Positions 9,125-18,173 of a stretch of 24,839 nt of DNA are shown here, piece after piece. Position 1 is the first letter of the stretch; every line of letters begins with the position of its first letter. The notes under the pieces were generated by a model that searched no databases, was not told the DNA's origin, and worked only from the letters and a program-made list of their open reading frames with translations. Origin of the DNA: Prevotella sp. (GTDB taxonomy: Bacteria; Bacteroidota; Bacteroidia; Bacteroidales; Dysgonomonadaceae); the NCBI GenBank assembly GCA_031285625.1, contig JAITVV010000064.1:1-24839 (forward strand), written 5' to 3'. Both the position numbers and the translations under genes were made by a program.

Positions 9125-10267
9125 ATGAAATATTTTCTGGTAGCCGGAGAAGCTTCAGGAGACCTGCATGGCTCTAACCTGATGGCTGCATTGAAGAAGC
9201 AGGATGCAAATGCTGAATTCTGTTTTCTTGGAGGAGATTTAATGCAGGCACAGGGAGGCAGGCTTGTTAAGCATTATCGCGAAATGGCTTTTATGGGCTT
9301 TGTTCCGGTATTGCTCAATCTCAAGACTATATTGCGAAATATGAAGATGTGCCAGAAAGAGGTTATCAAATTCCAGCCTGATGTGCTTATATTGATTGAT
9401 TATCCGGGCTTTAATCTCAAAGTTGCTAAATATATAAAAACACATACACAAATACCTGTATATTATTATATATCGCCTAAGGTATGGGCATGGAAAGAAT
9501 ACCGGGTGAAATCATTTAAGAAGTATGTGGACGAAATGCTTTCCATTCTTCCGTTCGAAGTGGATTTTTATAAGAAACATAATTACCACATCGATTATGT
9601 AGGTAATCCCGTAGTAGACGCTGTTGCTAATTTCAGGGAGGAGAATAAAGAAGACTCACTAGATAAATTTATTGAAGAAAATAAACTTGAAGATAAGCCT
9701 GTTATCGCCCTTCTGGCAGGAAGCCGCCAGCAAGAAATAAAGGATAATCTGCCAGCTATGTTAGAAGCAATAGAAGAATATGTAGATTATCAGGCTGTAA
9801 TTGCAGGGGCTCCGGGTATAGAACCGGATTATTACATAAAGTATATTGGAGATAAATCCTGTAAGATTGTTTTCGGGCAGACTTATCGCTTATTGGAATA
9901 CTCTACAGTGGCTTTAGTCACTTCTGGTACTGCGACATTAGAGACCGGCTTGTTCCGTGTGCCTCAGGTTGTTTGTTACGAAACACCCATACCACATATT
10001 GTATATTGGGTATTCAAGAATTTATTGCACACCAAATATATCTCTCTTGTAAATCTGATAGCTGATAGGGTAGTGGTGCAGGAACTGTTTGCCAAATTCT
10101 TTTCAGTAAAAGCAATAAAGGAGGAAGTTAACAAACTTCTGAATGATGACATTTACCGTAATAAGATGCTGTCAGACTATGATGAAATAATTGACATTCT
10201 GGGCAAACCCGGAGCATCAGGCCGGGCAGCAAATATTATTATAGAAAAATTAAAGAGAGGAAAATGA
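9125..10267 (+). CDS. lpxB: Lipid-A-disaccharide synthase
   Basis: AGEASGDLHG, IDYPGFN, YYISPKVWAW, ILPFE, LAGSR..E, SGTATLE. Confidence 0.97.
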   Translation: MKYFLVAGEASGDLHGSNLMAALKKQDANAEFCFLGGDLMQAQGGRLVKHYREMAFMGFVPVLLNLKTILRNMKMCQKEVIKFQPDVLILIDYPGFNLKVAKYIKTHTQIPVYYYISPKVWAWKEYRVKSFKKYVDEMLSILPFEVDFYKKHNYHIDYVGNPVVDAVANFREENKEDSLDKFIEENKLEDKPVIALLAGSRQQEIKDNLPAMLEAIEEYVDYQAVIAGAPGIEPDYYIKYIGDKSCKIVFGQTYRLLEYSTVALVTSGTATLETGLFRVPQVVCYETPIPHIVYWVFKNLLHTKYISLVNLIADRVVVQELFAKFFSVKAIKEEVNKLLNDDIYRNKMLSDYDEIIDILGKPGASGRAANIIIEKLKRGK

Positions 10268-10283
10268 TCCTCTCTTTTTCTTT
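10252..10283 (+). terminator. Intrinsic terminator overlapping the lpxB stop codon
   Basis: AAAGAGAGGA-AAATGA-TCCTCTCTTT followed by TTCTTT; the TGA stop lies in the loop. Confidence 0.75.
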
Positions 10284-10385
10284 GTCATGTTGAACGGAGT
10301 GAATTGAAAATCGGCAGAGCGAAGCGGAGCCAAACATCTCGTGTCTGGAGGGTCGAGATTCTTCATTGCATTCAGAATGACAAAG
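10280..10385. repeat. REP/RPE-like imperfect palindromic element (about 106 bp)
   Basis: Terminal IR CTTTGTCAT...ATGACAAAG. Arms GTTGAACGGAGTGAA / TTCATTGCATTCAGA pair imperfectly. Inner ATCTCG/CGAGAT stem. GC-rich relative to its surroundings. Confidence 0.7.
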
Positions 10386-10432
10386 GAAATAACAGTTTCT
10401 TGGTGCGATATTACTTCTGTGTACCTCCTTTT

Positions 10433-11395
10433 TTAATCTTTTATAAATTCAATTATAGCTTTTCCTAATTCTTTGTTCAATGGTATATTCAGATTATTAT
10501 ATGTTGGACTTTGTGCCTGCATATCGTTACTAGTGCAATCTTTCAGCACATGATTCATGTTCTCTATAATTACCTTTTTAGCTTTAGGATTAGCTGCAAG
10601 TAATATGTCTGCATGCTCTGCAGTTACCTGTATGTCTGTTGTCCCTTGGAGAATAAGAATAGGGATACTCAATTTGGCAATCTCTTTCTGAGGATCGTAT
10701 TTCATAATAGAGATCATGTAGGGTTGAATACTCGGTCTGAATAACGCATTCAGGGTAGGAGGGACATTTGAGATCGTCTCTCCATTTTTCAGTCTGTCGA
10801 TATAAGAGAATATTGTTTCTTTCAGAGCTTGAGGCTGCCCTGATAATTGTTTTTCCATTTGCTCTTTTAATGTAACATCAAAAGAGACACCCATACCTGC
10901 AACAGATATATACTTTTTCACTATTACGTTATTTTCGGAAGCAATCATGCCAATCAAAGAACCTTCGCTGTGTCCGATAATTATAATATCCGAAAATCGT
11001 TTGTCCTTTGACAATAGGTTTATCCATGCACGAACATCATCGATATAATGATCAAACCGTATTTCAGATTCATCTTTCATAGCTTGTTTACTTTCTGCAA
11101 TTCCGCGTTTGTCGAAGCAGAGCGTAGCTATTCCATTATAGAATAGGTTATCAGATAACATTTTATATGCATTGTTTTGAGTCAACTGACTATTTCCATT
11201 GCGGTCGGTAGGTCCTGATCCTGCTATAATAATGGCTACAGGTATAGACGATTTATTGCTTGGTACCTTCAGTGTTCCATAAATTGTTCCGGTTTCGGTG
11301 TTTAGCACGATGGGTTCTTCACTTACCAGGAGTTGAGCAGAAAGGGTCAACGATATTGATGCAGTCAGTATCAAAAATAGTATTCTGTTCTTCAT
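10433..11395 (-). CDS. Secreted alpha/beta-fold hydrolase
   Basis: Signal peptide; AGSGPTDRNGN, FDKRG, nucleophile elbow GHSEG, QGTTDIQV, NMNHVLK. Confidence 0.9.
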   Translation of the reverse strand: MKNRILFLILTASISLTLSAQLLVSEEPIVLNTETGTIYGTLKVPSNKSSIPVAIIIAGSGPTDRNGNSQLTQNNAYKMLSDNLFYNGIATLCFDKRGIAESKQAMKDESEIRFDHYIDDVRAWINLLSKDKRFSDIIIIGHSEGSLIGMIASENNVIVKKYISVAGMGVSFDVTLKEQMEKQLSGQPQALKETIFSYIDRLKNGETISNVPPTLNALFRPSIQPYMISIMKYDPQKEIAKLSIPILILQGTTDIQVTAEHADILLAANPKAKKVIIENMNHVLKDCTSNDMQAQSPTYNNLNIPLNKELGKAIIEFIKD

Positions 11396-11400
11396 GTTGT

Positions 11401-12021
11401 TTAGTATAAATGAGGTACTATGATATAAATAAGGATCTTAGAGATTACTTCGCTTATAATAAGAGCTATTGTAAAGGATATACCTCCTACAACTCCTTTT
11501 ATATTTCCTGAGATCGAATAAGCATTATATTTAAGGGTAATAGACCAGGCAATTATAAGTACTGAGAAAATGCCTACTGCGGTCAGCATCAACATATTTT
11601 CTTTTAAGATGTCCATCATCTCTGTAATATTCATGGTATTTATATTTCCAAGGTCTAAGTGAACAGCCATAATTAGCCCTATGAGAGCAAACAGAATATG
11701 TGGAACTTGTGATAAAGCCATTGTTCCTGCTATGTCAATGAGCCTGACTGAGGATTTAGAGACAATGCGTGCTGTAATGTAAAAGACCACAGTCATGGAA
11801 AAAAGAGCTATAACCTGATATACTGCATGTACAATATACGGCGTAGGTGTCGATGTAGGTACGTACTGCATGCCTATAACACCATTAAAATGTGTATTGC
11901 CTATATATCCCAGGATAGATAATAAAAGCATAACAGCCACTCCAAGTATAAGGGCTTTAGTGCCTGCTATAAATTGAAAAGGCTTAAATAGCCAATCTGA
12001 AATTCTGTAATTACTTTTCAT
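11401..12021 (-). CDS. Integral membrane protein (about 5 TM, YIP1-like)
   Basis: 206 aa with several hydrophobic segments; start overlaps the DUF2089 gene. Confidence 0.7.
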   Translation of the reverse strand: MKSNYRISDWLFKPFQFIAGTKALILGVAVMLLLSILGYIGNTHFNGVIGMQYVPTSTPTPYIVHAVYQVIALFSMTVVFYITARIVSKSSVRLIDIAGTMALSQVPHILFALIGLIMAVHLDLGNINTMNITEMMDILKENMLMLTAVGIFSVLIIAWSITLKYNAYSISGNIKGVVGGISFTIALIISEVISKILIYIIVPHLY

Positions 12022-12274
12022 AGTTTTTTATTTTCTCAATTATATCATCTAATAAATTTCTTACAGTGGGATAACTCAGTCCTAAATCCTTAGCCATATC
12101 TTTCAGGCTACCGCTATTTTTTACGAACTTGAGAATAAAATCTTGTTCCTCAACAGACAACTGTGCCAACAACGGGAGATCATATAATCCATGAACTTCA
12201 GTCCCGCAATTCTCACAAAGGAGACTTTTTACTTTTAATTGAGTTTGACAACTCGGACATTTACATGGTAGCAT
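12011..12274 (-). CDS. DUF2089-family protein (Zn-ribbon + HTH), putative regulator
   Basis: CPSC..CENC zinc ribbon, then FVKNSGSLKDMAKDLGLSYPTVRNLLD. Confidence 0.9.
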   Translation of the reverse strand: MLPCKCPSCQTQLKVKSLLCENCGTEVHGLYDLPLLAQLSVEEQDFILKFVKNSGSLKDMAKDLGLSYPTVRNLLDDIIEKIKNYEK

Positions 12275-12291
12275 AATTAATGTATTTTTTA

Positions 12292-12299
12292 CAAATATA
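12292..12299 (-). promoter_or_regulatory. -7 promoter element (TATATTTG) for the DUF2089 operon
   Basis: CAAATATA on +, 18 nt upstream of the ATG at 12274. Confidence 0.65.
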
Positions 12300-12401
12300 G
12301 AAATATATTTTAATTATATTAATATTTTATTTAATATTATTTATTTTATAATTGATTATTTTTAGTAATTCCTTAAATACGAAATGCATTATTCTTTGAT
12401 A

Positions 12402-12449
12402 AAAGGTGACAAAAGTGACACTTTTTAATAGTTTTATATGTGTAACTTT
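12402..12449. repeat. AAAGTNACA tandem/inverted element, copy 1
   Basis: AAAGGTGACA AAAGTGACA - 20 nt - TGTAACTTT. Confidence 0.55.
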
Positions 12450-12533
12450 TTTATTTAATATTTCAAAGTACCTTTTATATTAGATAATTTTATTCAATAA
12501 ATACAATGGAGCTAAAAATATTTATAAACTCCT

Positions 12534-12541
12534 TATATTTG
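12534..12541 (+). promoter_or_regulatory. -7 promoter element (TATATTTG) for the glycosyltransferase
   Basis: Consensus match lying inside the over-extended ORF, which implies a start at GTG 12560 (or TTG 12554). Confidence 0.6.
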
Positions 12542-12559
12542 CATAGAAATAAATTGCTT

Positions 12560-13630
12560 GTGGAGAATAATATAAAAATAAATTTCATCTTGCCATTCAA
12601 ACCCCGTCGTCCTGCAGGTGGTTTCAGAGTAATGTATGAGTATGCTAATCGTTTGGCTCATGTAGGTTATCAGGTACATCTAACTTTCCCTATCAGGACA
12701 CAGTACATGAAATATAGATTCCCTTATCTTATTCGTCGTGTTTTGTCTAAAATAGAAGGATTTGACAGAGATCAGTGGTTTGACTTTGATCCTGATATTA
12801 CAATGTCATATGTACCCCAGGTAGAAGACAAGTATGTTATCGATGCAGACATTGTTATTGCTACATGGTGGGCAACCGTATTGGAAATGGGGGCCCTATC
12901 TGATACTAAAGGTAAGAAAATAAACCTTATACAAGGATTTGAAAATTGGGAAGGACACGAAGATTTATTGTATTCTTCATATAATATGAATAAAACAGTT
13001 AATATAGTAGTAGCTTCATATTTACAAAAGATTGTAGAGCAACATACAAAAAATAGGGTTGAACTTATTGAGAATGGTATTGATAACAATATATATTATC
13101 TAAAAAAACGGATTGAGTCCAGAAAAGTAGCTACTGTTGCCATGATGTATTCTCCTCAGGAAATAAAAGGTTCAAAATACGGGCTTGAAGCTTTATATAT
13201 TGTGAAAGAACGAATTCCTGAACTGAAGGTTGATTTGTTTGGAATATCTCCTTCACCCGAATCATTGCCTGAGTGGATCACATATTCTCGGGATCCGGAA
13301 GATTTATGTGCCCTTTATAATAGCAACTCGGTTTTTATATCTAATAGTTTTACAGAGGGATTTGGCCTGGTTTCGGTAGAATCTATGTTTTGCGGATGTG
13401 CATTGGTTTGTACCGATATTGAAGGACATAAAGAATATGCATTCGAGGGACAAACCGCATTACTTGTCGAAGCCGGAAACTCAGAAAGGATGGCCGATCG
13501 TGTTTGTGAGTTGATTAATGATAATGATTACCGTATTGCTTTAGCCAGACGTGGCTATGATTATGTGCAGCGGTTTAGCTGGTACAATGCCATAGAGAAA
13601 ATGGAAAAAGTGGTAAAAAGTTTATTGTAA
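12560..13630 (+). CDS. GT4-family glycosyltransferase (WsaF/rhamnosyltransferase-like)
   Basis: GGFRVMYEYANRL, DIVIATWWAT, NLIQGFE, and the GT-B motif SFTEGFGLVSVESMFCG. The start is moved from 12506 to the in-frame GTG at 12560 because of the promoter motif. Confidence 0.88.
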   Translation: MENNIKINFILPFKPRRPAGGFRVMYEYANRLAHVGYQVHLTFPIRTQYMKYRFPYLIRRVLSKIEGFDRDQWFDFDPDITMSYVPQVEDKYVIDADIVIATWWATVLEMGALSDTKGKKINLIQGFENWEGHEDLLYSSYNMNKTVNIVVASYLQKIVEQHTKNRVELIENGIDNNIYYLKKRIESRKVATVAMMYSPQEIKGSKYGLEALYIVKERIPELKVDLFGISPSPESLPEWITYSRDPEDLCALYNSNSVFISNSFTEGFGLVSVESMFCGCALVCTDIEGHKEYAFEGQTALLVEAGNSERMADRVCELINDNDYRIALARRGYDYVQRFSWYNAIEKMEKVVKSLL

Positions 13631-13632
13631 TC

Positions 13633-13665
13633 AAAAAGACTACCTCCCGTTAAAGGAAATAGCCT
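13633..13665 (-). terminator. Intrinsic terminator for maeB
   Basis: The minus-strand RNA AGGCUAUUUCC-UUUAACG-GGAGGUAGUCU-UUUU forms an 11-bp stem with three G-U pairs, so it folds well only on the minus strand. Confidence 0.7.
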
Positions 13666-13686
13666 TCTTTATATAAGACAATAGGG

Positions 13687-15969
13687 TTACTGATTGTCTT
13701 CGTTGTGTGCAATAGCATCTACAACAGCTACAGTAGTCAGGTTTATAATATCCCTTACCGAACTTTCTATATCTGTAAAGTGTACAGCTTTTCTTAGTCC
13801 CATCTGGATAGGTCCTATACTCTCGCCCGCAATACCTAGTTCCATTAATAGTTTACTGGAAATATTAGCCGAACTAAGATTCGGGAATATCAATGTATTT
13901 ACATCTTTTCCTTTTATGGAGTTGAATGGGAATGTATGGTCTCTAAGCTCTTTGTTCATCGCAAAGTTTAATTGCATTTCACCATCAATTGCAAAATCAG
14001 GATAATTTTCATGGAAATATTTAATTGCATTAGAAATACTTTTAGGACTACCATTGTCATCAGCTCCATAGTTTGAGAATGATAGCATTGCCATAACCGG
14101 TTCTGTAGCAAAATATTTTACAGTGTCGTGAGATAGTTTTACAATTTCTATCAGCACATCTTCCTCGGGCCAGCGATTGATTAATGTATCGGCAAGAAAA
14201 TACGGTCCTTTCTTTGTTTGTACAATATGCATAGCTGCGAAATGCGAATACTGAGGTTTGAGACCAATAACTTCAAGGGCAGTTTTGGCAAAATCACGGT
14301 AATGGCTGTATACTCCTGTAATCACAGCATCTGCATCACCCGTCTCAACCATCATCATACCAAAGTAGTTGCGGTCACTCATCTTTTCAAAAGCTTCCTG
14401 AAAACGAATACCTTCTCTCGATTTCTTATTACTTAATATCTCAGCATAACGGCTACGGCGTACATCTTCAGATATATTCCTGTGATTAATTATCTCAATA
14501 CCATTCAGGTCTAGTCCATTGTCTTTAGCGATATTCCTTATACGGTCTTCGCTACCAAGAAGGATTGGCTCACAAAGTTTATCTTTTTGCGCTATAATAG
14601 CAGCCTTAATTGTATTAACGTGATTACCTTCACAGTATACCACACGTTTTCTTTCGCTCTTGGCAATAGCTGTAAGACGATGGATAAGTTTGTTGCTATA
14701 TCCCATCATTTCGGATATCCGGTTTTGATACTCTTCCCAGTCAGTTATAACCTTACGGGCAACTCCGCTTTCTATTGCTGCCTTAGCTACAGCTGTAGAA
14801 ACAGTTGTCAGCAGTCTGGGGTCTAAAGGTTTAGGTATGATATAATCTCGTCCAAAGGTTAGTTTTTTTATTTCGTAGGCTGTATTAATCACATCCGGAA
14901 CCAAATCCTTTGCCAGATCGGCAATAGCCCTTGATGCAGCCAGTTTCATCTCTTCATTTATAGTAGTCGCTCTTACATCAAGTGCTCCTCTGAAAATATA
15001 TGGAAACCCGAGTACATTATTTACCTGATTCGGATAATCTGAACGTCCGGTAGCAAATATGATATCATCACGCGATGCCATTGCTTCCTCATATGATATT
15101 TCGGGATTTGGATTGGCTAATGCAAAAACAATAGGATTGTCATTCATTTTGCGTACCATCTCTTTCGTTAAAACGTCAGCTTTAGACAGGCCTAAAAAGA
15201 CATCTGCACCTTCTATAGCCTGGTCTAATGTGGTTATATCGCTATCAATCGCAAATTGCTTTTTCGATTCGCTCAGATCGGGACGCTTAGTTGTTAAAAC
15301 ACCTTTGCTGTCACACATTATAATGTTTTCTTTCTGTACACCAAATTTCATATACAATTTGGTACAGGCTACAGCAGATGCACCGGCTCCGTTTACTACC
15401 AGTTTTATCTTTGTAATGTTTTTATGCGTAATATCCAGCGCATTCAGTAGTGCAGCGGCAGAGATAATGGCTGTTCCATGCTGATCATCATGCATTACCG
15501 GTATATCTAATTCTTCTTTCAGACGTCTTTCTATCTCAAAACATTCCGGTGCTTTAATATCTTCAAGATTAATACCACCGAATGTAGGAGAGATGGCTTT
15601 GACCGTCTGTATAAACTTTTCAGGGTCTTTTTCATCTACTTCGATGTCAAATACATCTACACCTGCATATATCTTAAACAAGAGCCCTTTACCTTCCATT
15701 ACCGGTTTACCGGCCAAGGCTCCAATATCTCCCAATCCTAGTACTGCAGTACCATTTGAAATAACGGCAACCAAGTTCCCTTTAGTCGTGTATTCATATG
15801 CCAGTTGTGGATTCTTTTCTATTTCCAGACATGGTTCGGCAACTCCCGGAGAATAGGCCAAAGACAGATCTGTTTGTGTACTATGAGGTTTTGTCGGTAC
15901 TACCTCAATTTTACCCGGTCTACCACTTTTGTGGTACTTCAGAGCTGCTTCCTTTGTAACTTTAAGCAT
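13687..15969 (-). CDS. maeB: NADP-dependent malic enzyme with C-terminal phosphotransacetylase-like domain
   Basis: DLSLAYSPGVAEPC, SNGTAVLGLGDIG, KPVMEGKG, INLEDI, HDDQHGT, GAGAS, TGRSDYPNQVNN; PTA-like DGEMQ..LIFPNL..IGPIQMG. Confidence 0.97.
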   Translation of the reverse strand: MLKVTKEAALKYHKSGRPGKIEVVPTKPHSTQTDLSLAYSPGVAEPCLEIEKNPQLAYEYTTKGNLVAVISNGTAVLGLGDIGALAGKPVMEGKGLLFKIYAGVDVFDIEVDEKDPEKFIQTVKAISPTFGGINLEDIKAPECFEIERRLKEELDIPVMHDDQHGTAIISAAALLNALDITHKNITKIKLVVNGAGASAVACTKLYMKFGVQKENIIMCDSKGVLTTKRPDLSESKKQFAIDSDITTLDQAIEGADVFLGLSKADVLTKEMVRKMNDNPIVFALANPNPEISYEEAMASRDDIIFATGRSDYPNQVNNVLGFPYIFRGALDVRATTINEEMKLAASRAIADLAKDLVPDVINTAYEIKKLTFGRDYIIPKPLDPRLLTTVSTAVAKAAIESGVARKVITDWEEYQNRISEMMGYSNKLIHRLTAIAKSERKRVVYCEGNHVNTIKAAIIAQKDKLCEPILLGSEDRIRNIAKDNGLDLNGIEIINHRNISEDVRRSRYAEILSNKKSREGIRFQEAFEKMSDRNYFGMMMVETGDADAVITGVYSHYRDFAKTALEVIGLKPQYSHFAAMHIVQTKKGPYFLADTLINRWPEEDVLIEIVKLSHDTVKYFATEPVMAMLSFSNYGADDNGSPKSISNAIKYFHENYPDFAIDGEMQLNFAMNKELRDHTFPFNSIKGKDVNTLIFPNLSSANISSKLLMELGIAGESIGPIQMGLRKAVHFTDIESSVRDIINLTTVAVVDAIAHNEDNQ

Positions 15970-16017
15970 AGCGGTATGAATTTTACAGATTAGTTATATT
16001 TGCACTAAGTTGTATCA

Positions 16018-16025
16018 CAAATTTA
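16018..16025 (-). promoter_or_regulatory. -7 promoter element (TAAATTTG) for maeB
   Basis: CAAATTTA on +, about 50 nt upstream of the ATG at 15969. Confidence 0.55.
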
Positions 16026-16237
16026 GAAAAAAGGAAATTTAAAAGAGGTGATTTTTACACAATCATTTCACTTTTTTATGCATGTTTTACAACATTTTGT
16101 ATATTGGAAGATGTATTTAAAATTTATTTTAAATATTTTTAGTATCAAAATGATATATTGTTGAAAAATAATTATTTATACCTCAATATAGTTCTTTCTG
16201 TTTAGCAATTATCTTGTTCTCAATAAGATACTATTAA

Positions 16238-16294
16238 AAAGTAACAAAGGTGACAGTTTTTCTGTATTTTTTAAGAGTAACTTTTTGTTACTTT
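16238..16294. repeat. AAAGTNACA tandem/inverted element, copy 2
   Basis: AAAGTAACA AAGGTGACA - 20 nt - AGTAACTTT T TGTTACTTT. Confidence 0.55.
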
Positions 16295-16356
16295 GATATT
16301 GCATTAAAATCTTTATATAAAGATAATTAAGCTTATTTTTTATGACAATATCAGGA

Positions 16357-17355
16357 TTACTTGCTTCCCTTTATTATTTCCCGTGCTTTTTCTATTATGG
16401 TATCAATTCCATCTAGCATATCGCCTTCCTCCATATCAATTTTCACATCAGGATCGATTCCTAATTCAAGTTGCTTTTTCTCGGCATCGATTGTAGGCGA
16501 TGCAGAAAAGCGGATTGACCATCCGTTTGGCAGTTCTGAGGAGAAAGGCATTCCACCGCCACCTCCGGTTCTGTCCCCGACTATAGTGGCATTTGGTGCA
16601 TACCGCATGGCATTTACAAAATCATTTGCTGCACTGTAGCAACTGCGATTGGTAAGTATGATGACTTGCTTCTGATATTTTACCCCATTGGAGGGTTCAA
16701 CATATATCTTATAAGGCTCAGAAAAATCATCATGTCCTTTGCCGGTTTTGTGCATCATATAACCGACTAAGGTCTTCTCATTAAAAAAATGTGATGCTAA
16801 CTTATCACTATTTGACATCAGTCCGCCGCCATTGTCCCTTATATCAAGAATAATACCATCACATACAGCCATACGGTCCAGCACCTGATTGATATTACCT
16901 TCACCTATACCGCTTGAGAAGCTTCCATAGTAAATATATCCTATATTATCATCCAGGATTTTGTATTTTAGTCCGCCAGCCATACCATAATCTGTACCGA
17001 TATAATTTTTTTGAATTTTGGTATCAAAATTGTCCGGATAATCTTCAAACCATTTCCAATAACGGGCTACATCGTGAGTGGCAACCAGATTGACATGGCC
17101 ATCCTCTACTTCTGCCAGCATTTCGCCTAAAACAGTGAAAAATGCATCATTATTCATATCCTCAGTTATACGTTCCGAATAGCGGGTATATACTTCATCC
17201 CAATCTACATTTTTATAGCTGAAGAAGCAGTAATGCTCATCCATTATTTTCCAAAGGGCTTCAAAATTGCCTTTTTTTGAGTTATCGAAGCTATCTTCTT
17301 TAAAGCAGGATGTGAAGAGTAACGAGATGAGTGTGATGATATATATGTATTTCAT
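16357..17355 (-). CDS. S41-family peptidase lipoprotein (tricorn C1 + S41 domain)
   Basis: Lipobox LFTSC; FEALW..MDEHY, DGHV, ILDIRDNGGG, CYSAANDF, VGDRTGGGGG, GIDPD. Confidence 0.92.
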   Translation of the reverse strand: MKYIYIITLISLLFTSCFKEDSFDNSKKGNFEALWKIMDEHYCFFSYKNVDWDEVYTRYSERITEDMNNDAFFTVLGEMLAEVEDGHVNLVATHDVARYWKWFEDYPDNFDTKIQKNYIGTDYGMAGGLKYKILDDNIGYIYYGSFSSGIGEGNINQVLDRMAVCDGIILDIRDNGGGLMSNSDKLASHFFNEKTLVGYMMHKTGKGHDDFSEPYKIYVEPSNGVKYQKQVIILTNRSCYSAANDFVNAMRYAPNATIVGDRTGGGGGMPFSSELPNGWSIRFSASPTIDAEKKQLELGIDPDVKIDMEEGDMLDGIDTIIEKAREIIKGSK

Positions 17356-17374
17356 TGAATCAATTTTTGAAGCC

Positions 17375-18166
17375 TCAAGGTAGCAATAATTCTTTAAATT
17401 CGGTAAAGGTATAACGGTAGTAATTCAGATCAACGTGACCATCTATTCCCGGTAGTTCCCCCTTATGAGAAAATTGCCATATTCTCCAATTGTTTATTTT
17501 TTCGGAAGGTTCATTATGCAAATCGCACATCCATATTATATTTTCCGGGAAATTTCCGTTTATATAGAGTTTATAACAATCCTTGTTGGTGTATATAACA
17601 GGATGAATTCCAAATCGTTCATATAGAATATTCTCCATTATTTTAAGCTCATTGATAACCATTTCTACAAATTCTTTATCCTTACTGTAAGGATTTGCCG
17701 GAGAGTGTTCAACATCTATTGCCGGTATCAGGTCTCCTGAGTTAAATTGAGCCGTTTTAAGAAAGTGCTGGGCTTGTTCTTTCCCTGATAAAGCAAAGGT
17801 ATAAAAGTGGTATGAACCTACTTTGATATTTGATTTTCTGGCCAGATCGTAGTTAAATTCATAATTTCGGTCCAGATGGGTAGTTCCTTCCGTAGCTTTC
17901 ATATAAGCAAAAGTTATATTCTGCTCCAATACATTGTCCCAGTTCAATATAGGATTATGATGTGAAACATCTATTCCTTTTACAAAATATTTACTGGAGT
18001 CAAACGATTCAGGTTCACTTAGATATGTCTTTATAACAAAGAAAGCTGCAATGCATAAGCACACAGCTAATGTAACAGGAAGAATATATTTTTTTAACTC
18101 CTTGCCGGATTTTTTCTTTCTGCTTATTCTTTTTCTATTTCTTTTTTTTACAACTTTCTTTGCCAT
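17375..18166 (-). CDS. GH25 lysozyme/muramidase with N-terminal membrane anchor
   Basis: GIDVSHH, MKATEG, GSYHF, PAIDVE (DxE), IWQFS..G, VDLN; basic N-tail followed by a TM helix. Confidence 0.93.
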   Translation of the reverse strand: MAKKVVKKRNRKRISRKKKSGKELKKYILPVTLAVCLCIAAFFVIKTYLSEPESFDSSKYFVKGIDVSHHNPILNWDNVLEQNITFAYMKATEGTTHLDRNYEFNYDLARKSNIKVGSYHFYTFALSGKEQAQHFLKTAQFNSGDLIPAIDVEHSPANPYSKDKEFVEMVINELKIMENILYERFGIHPVIYTNKDCYKLYINGNFPENIIWMCDLHNEPSEKINNWRIWQFSHKGELPGIDGHVDLNYYRYTFTEFKELLLP

Positions 18167-18173
18167 CGATTAT

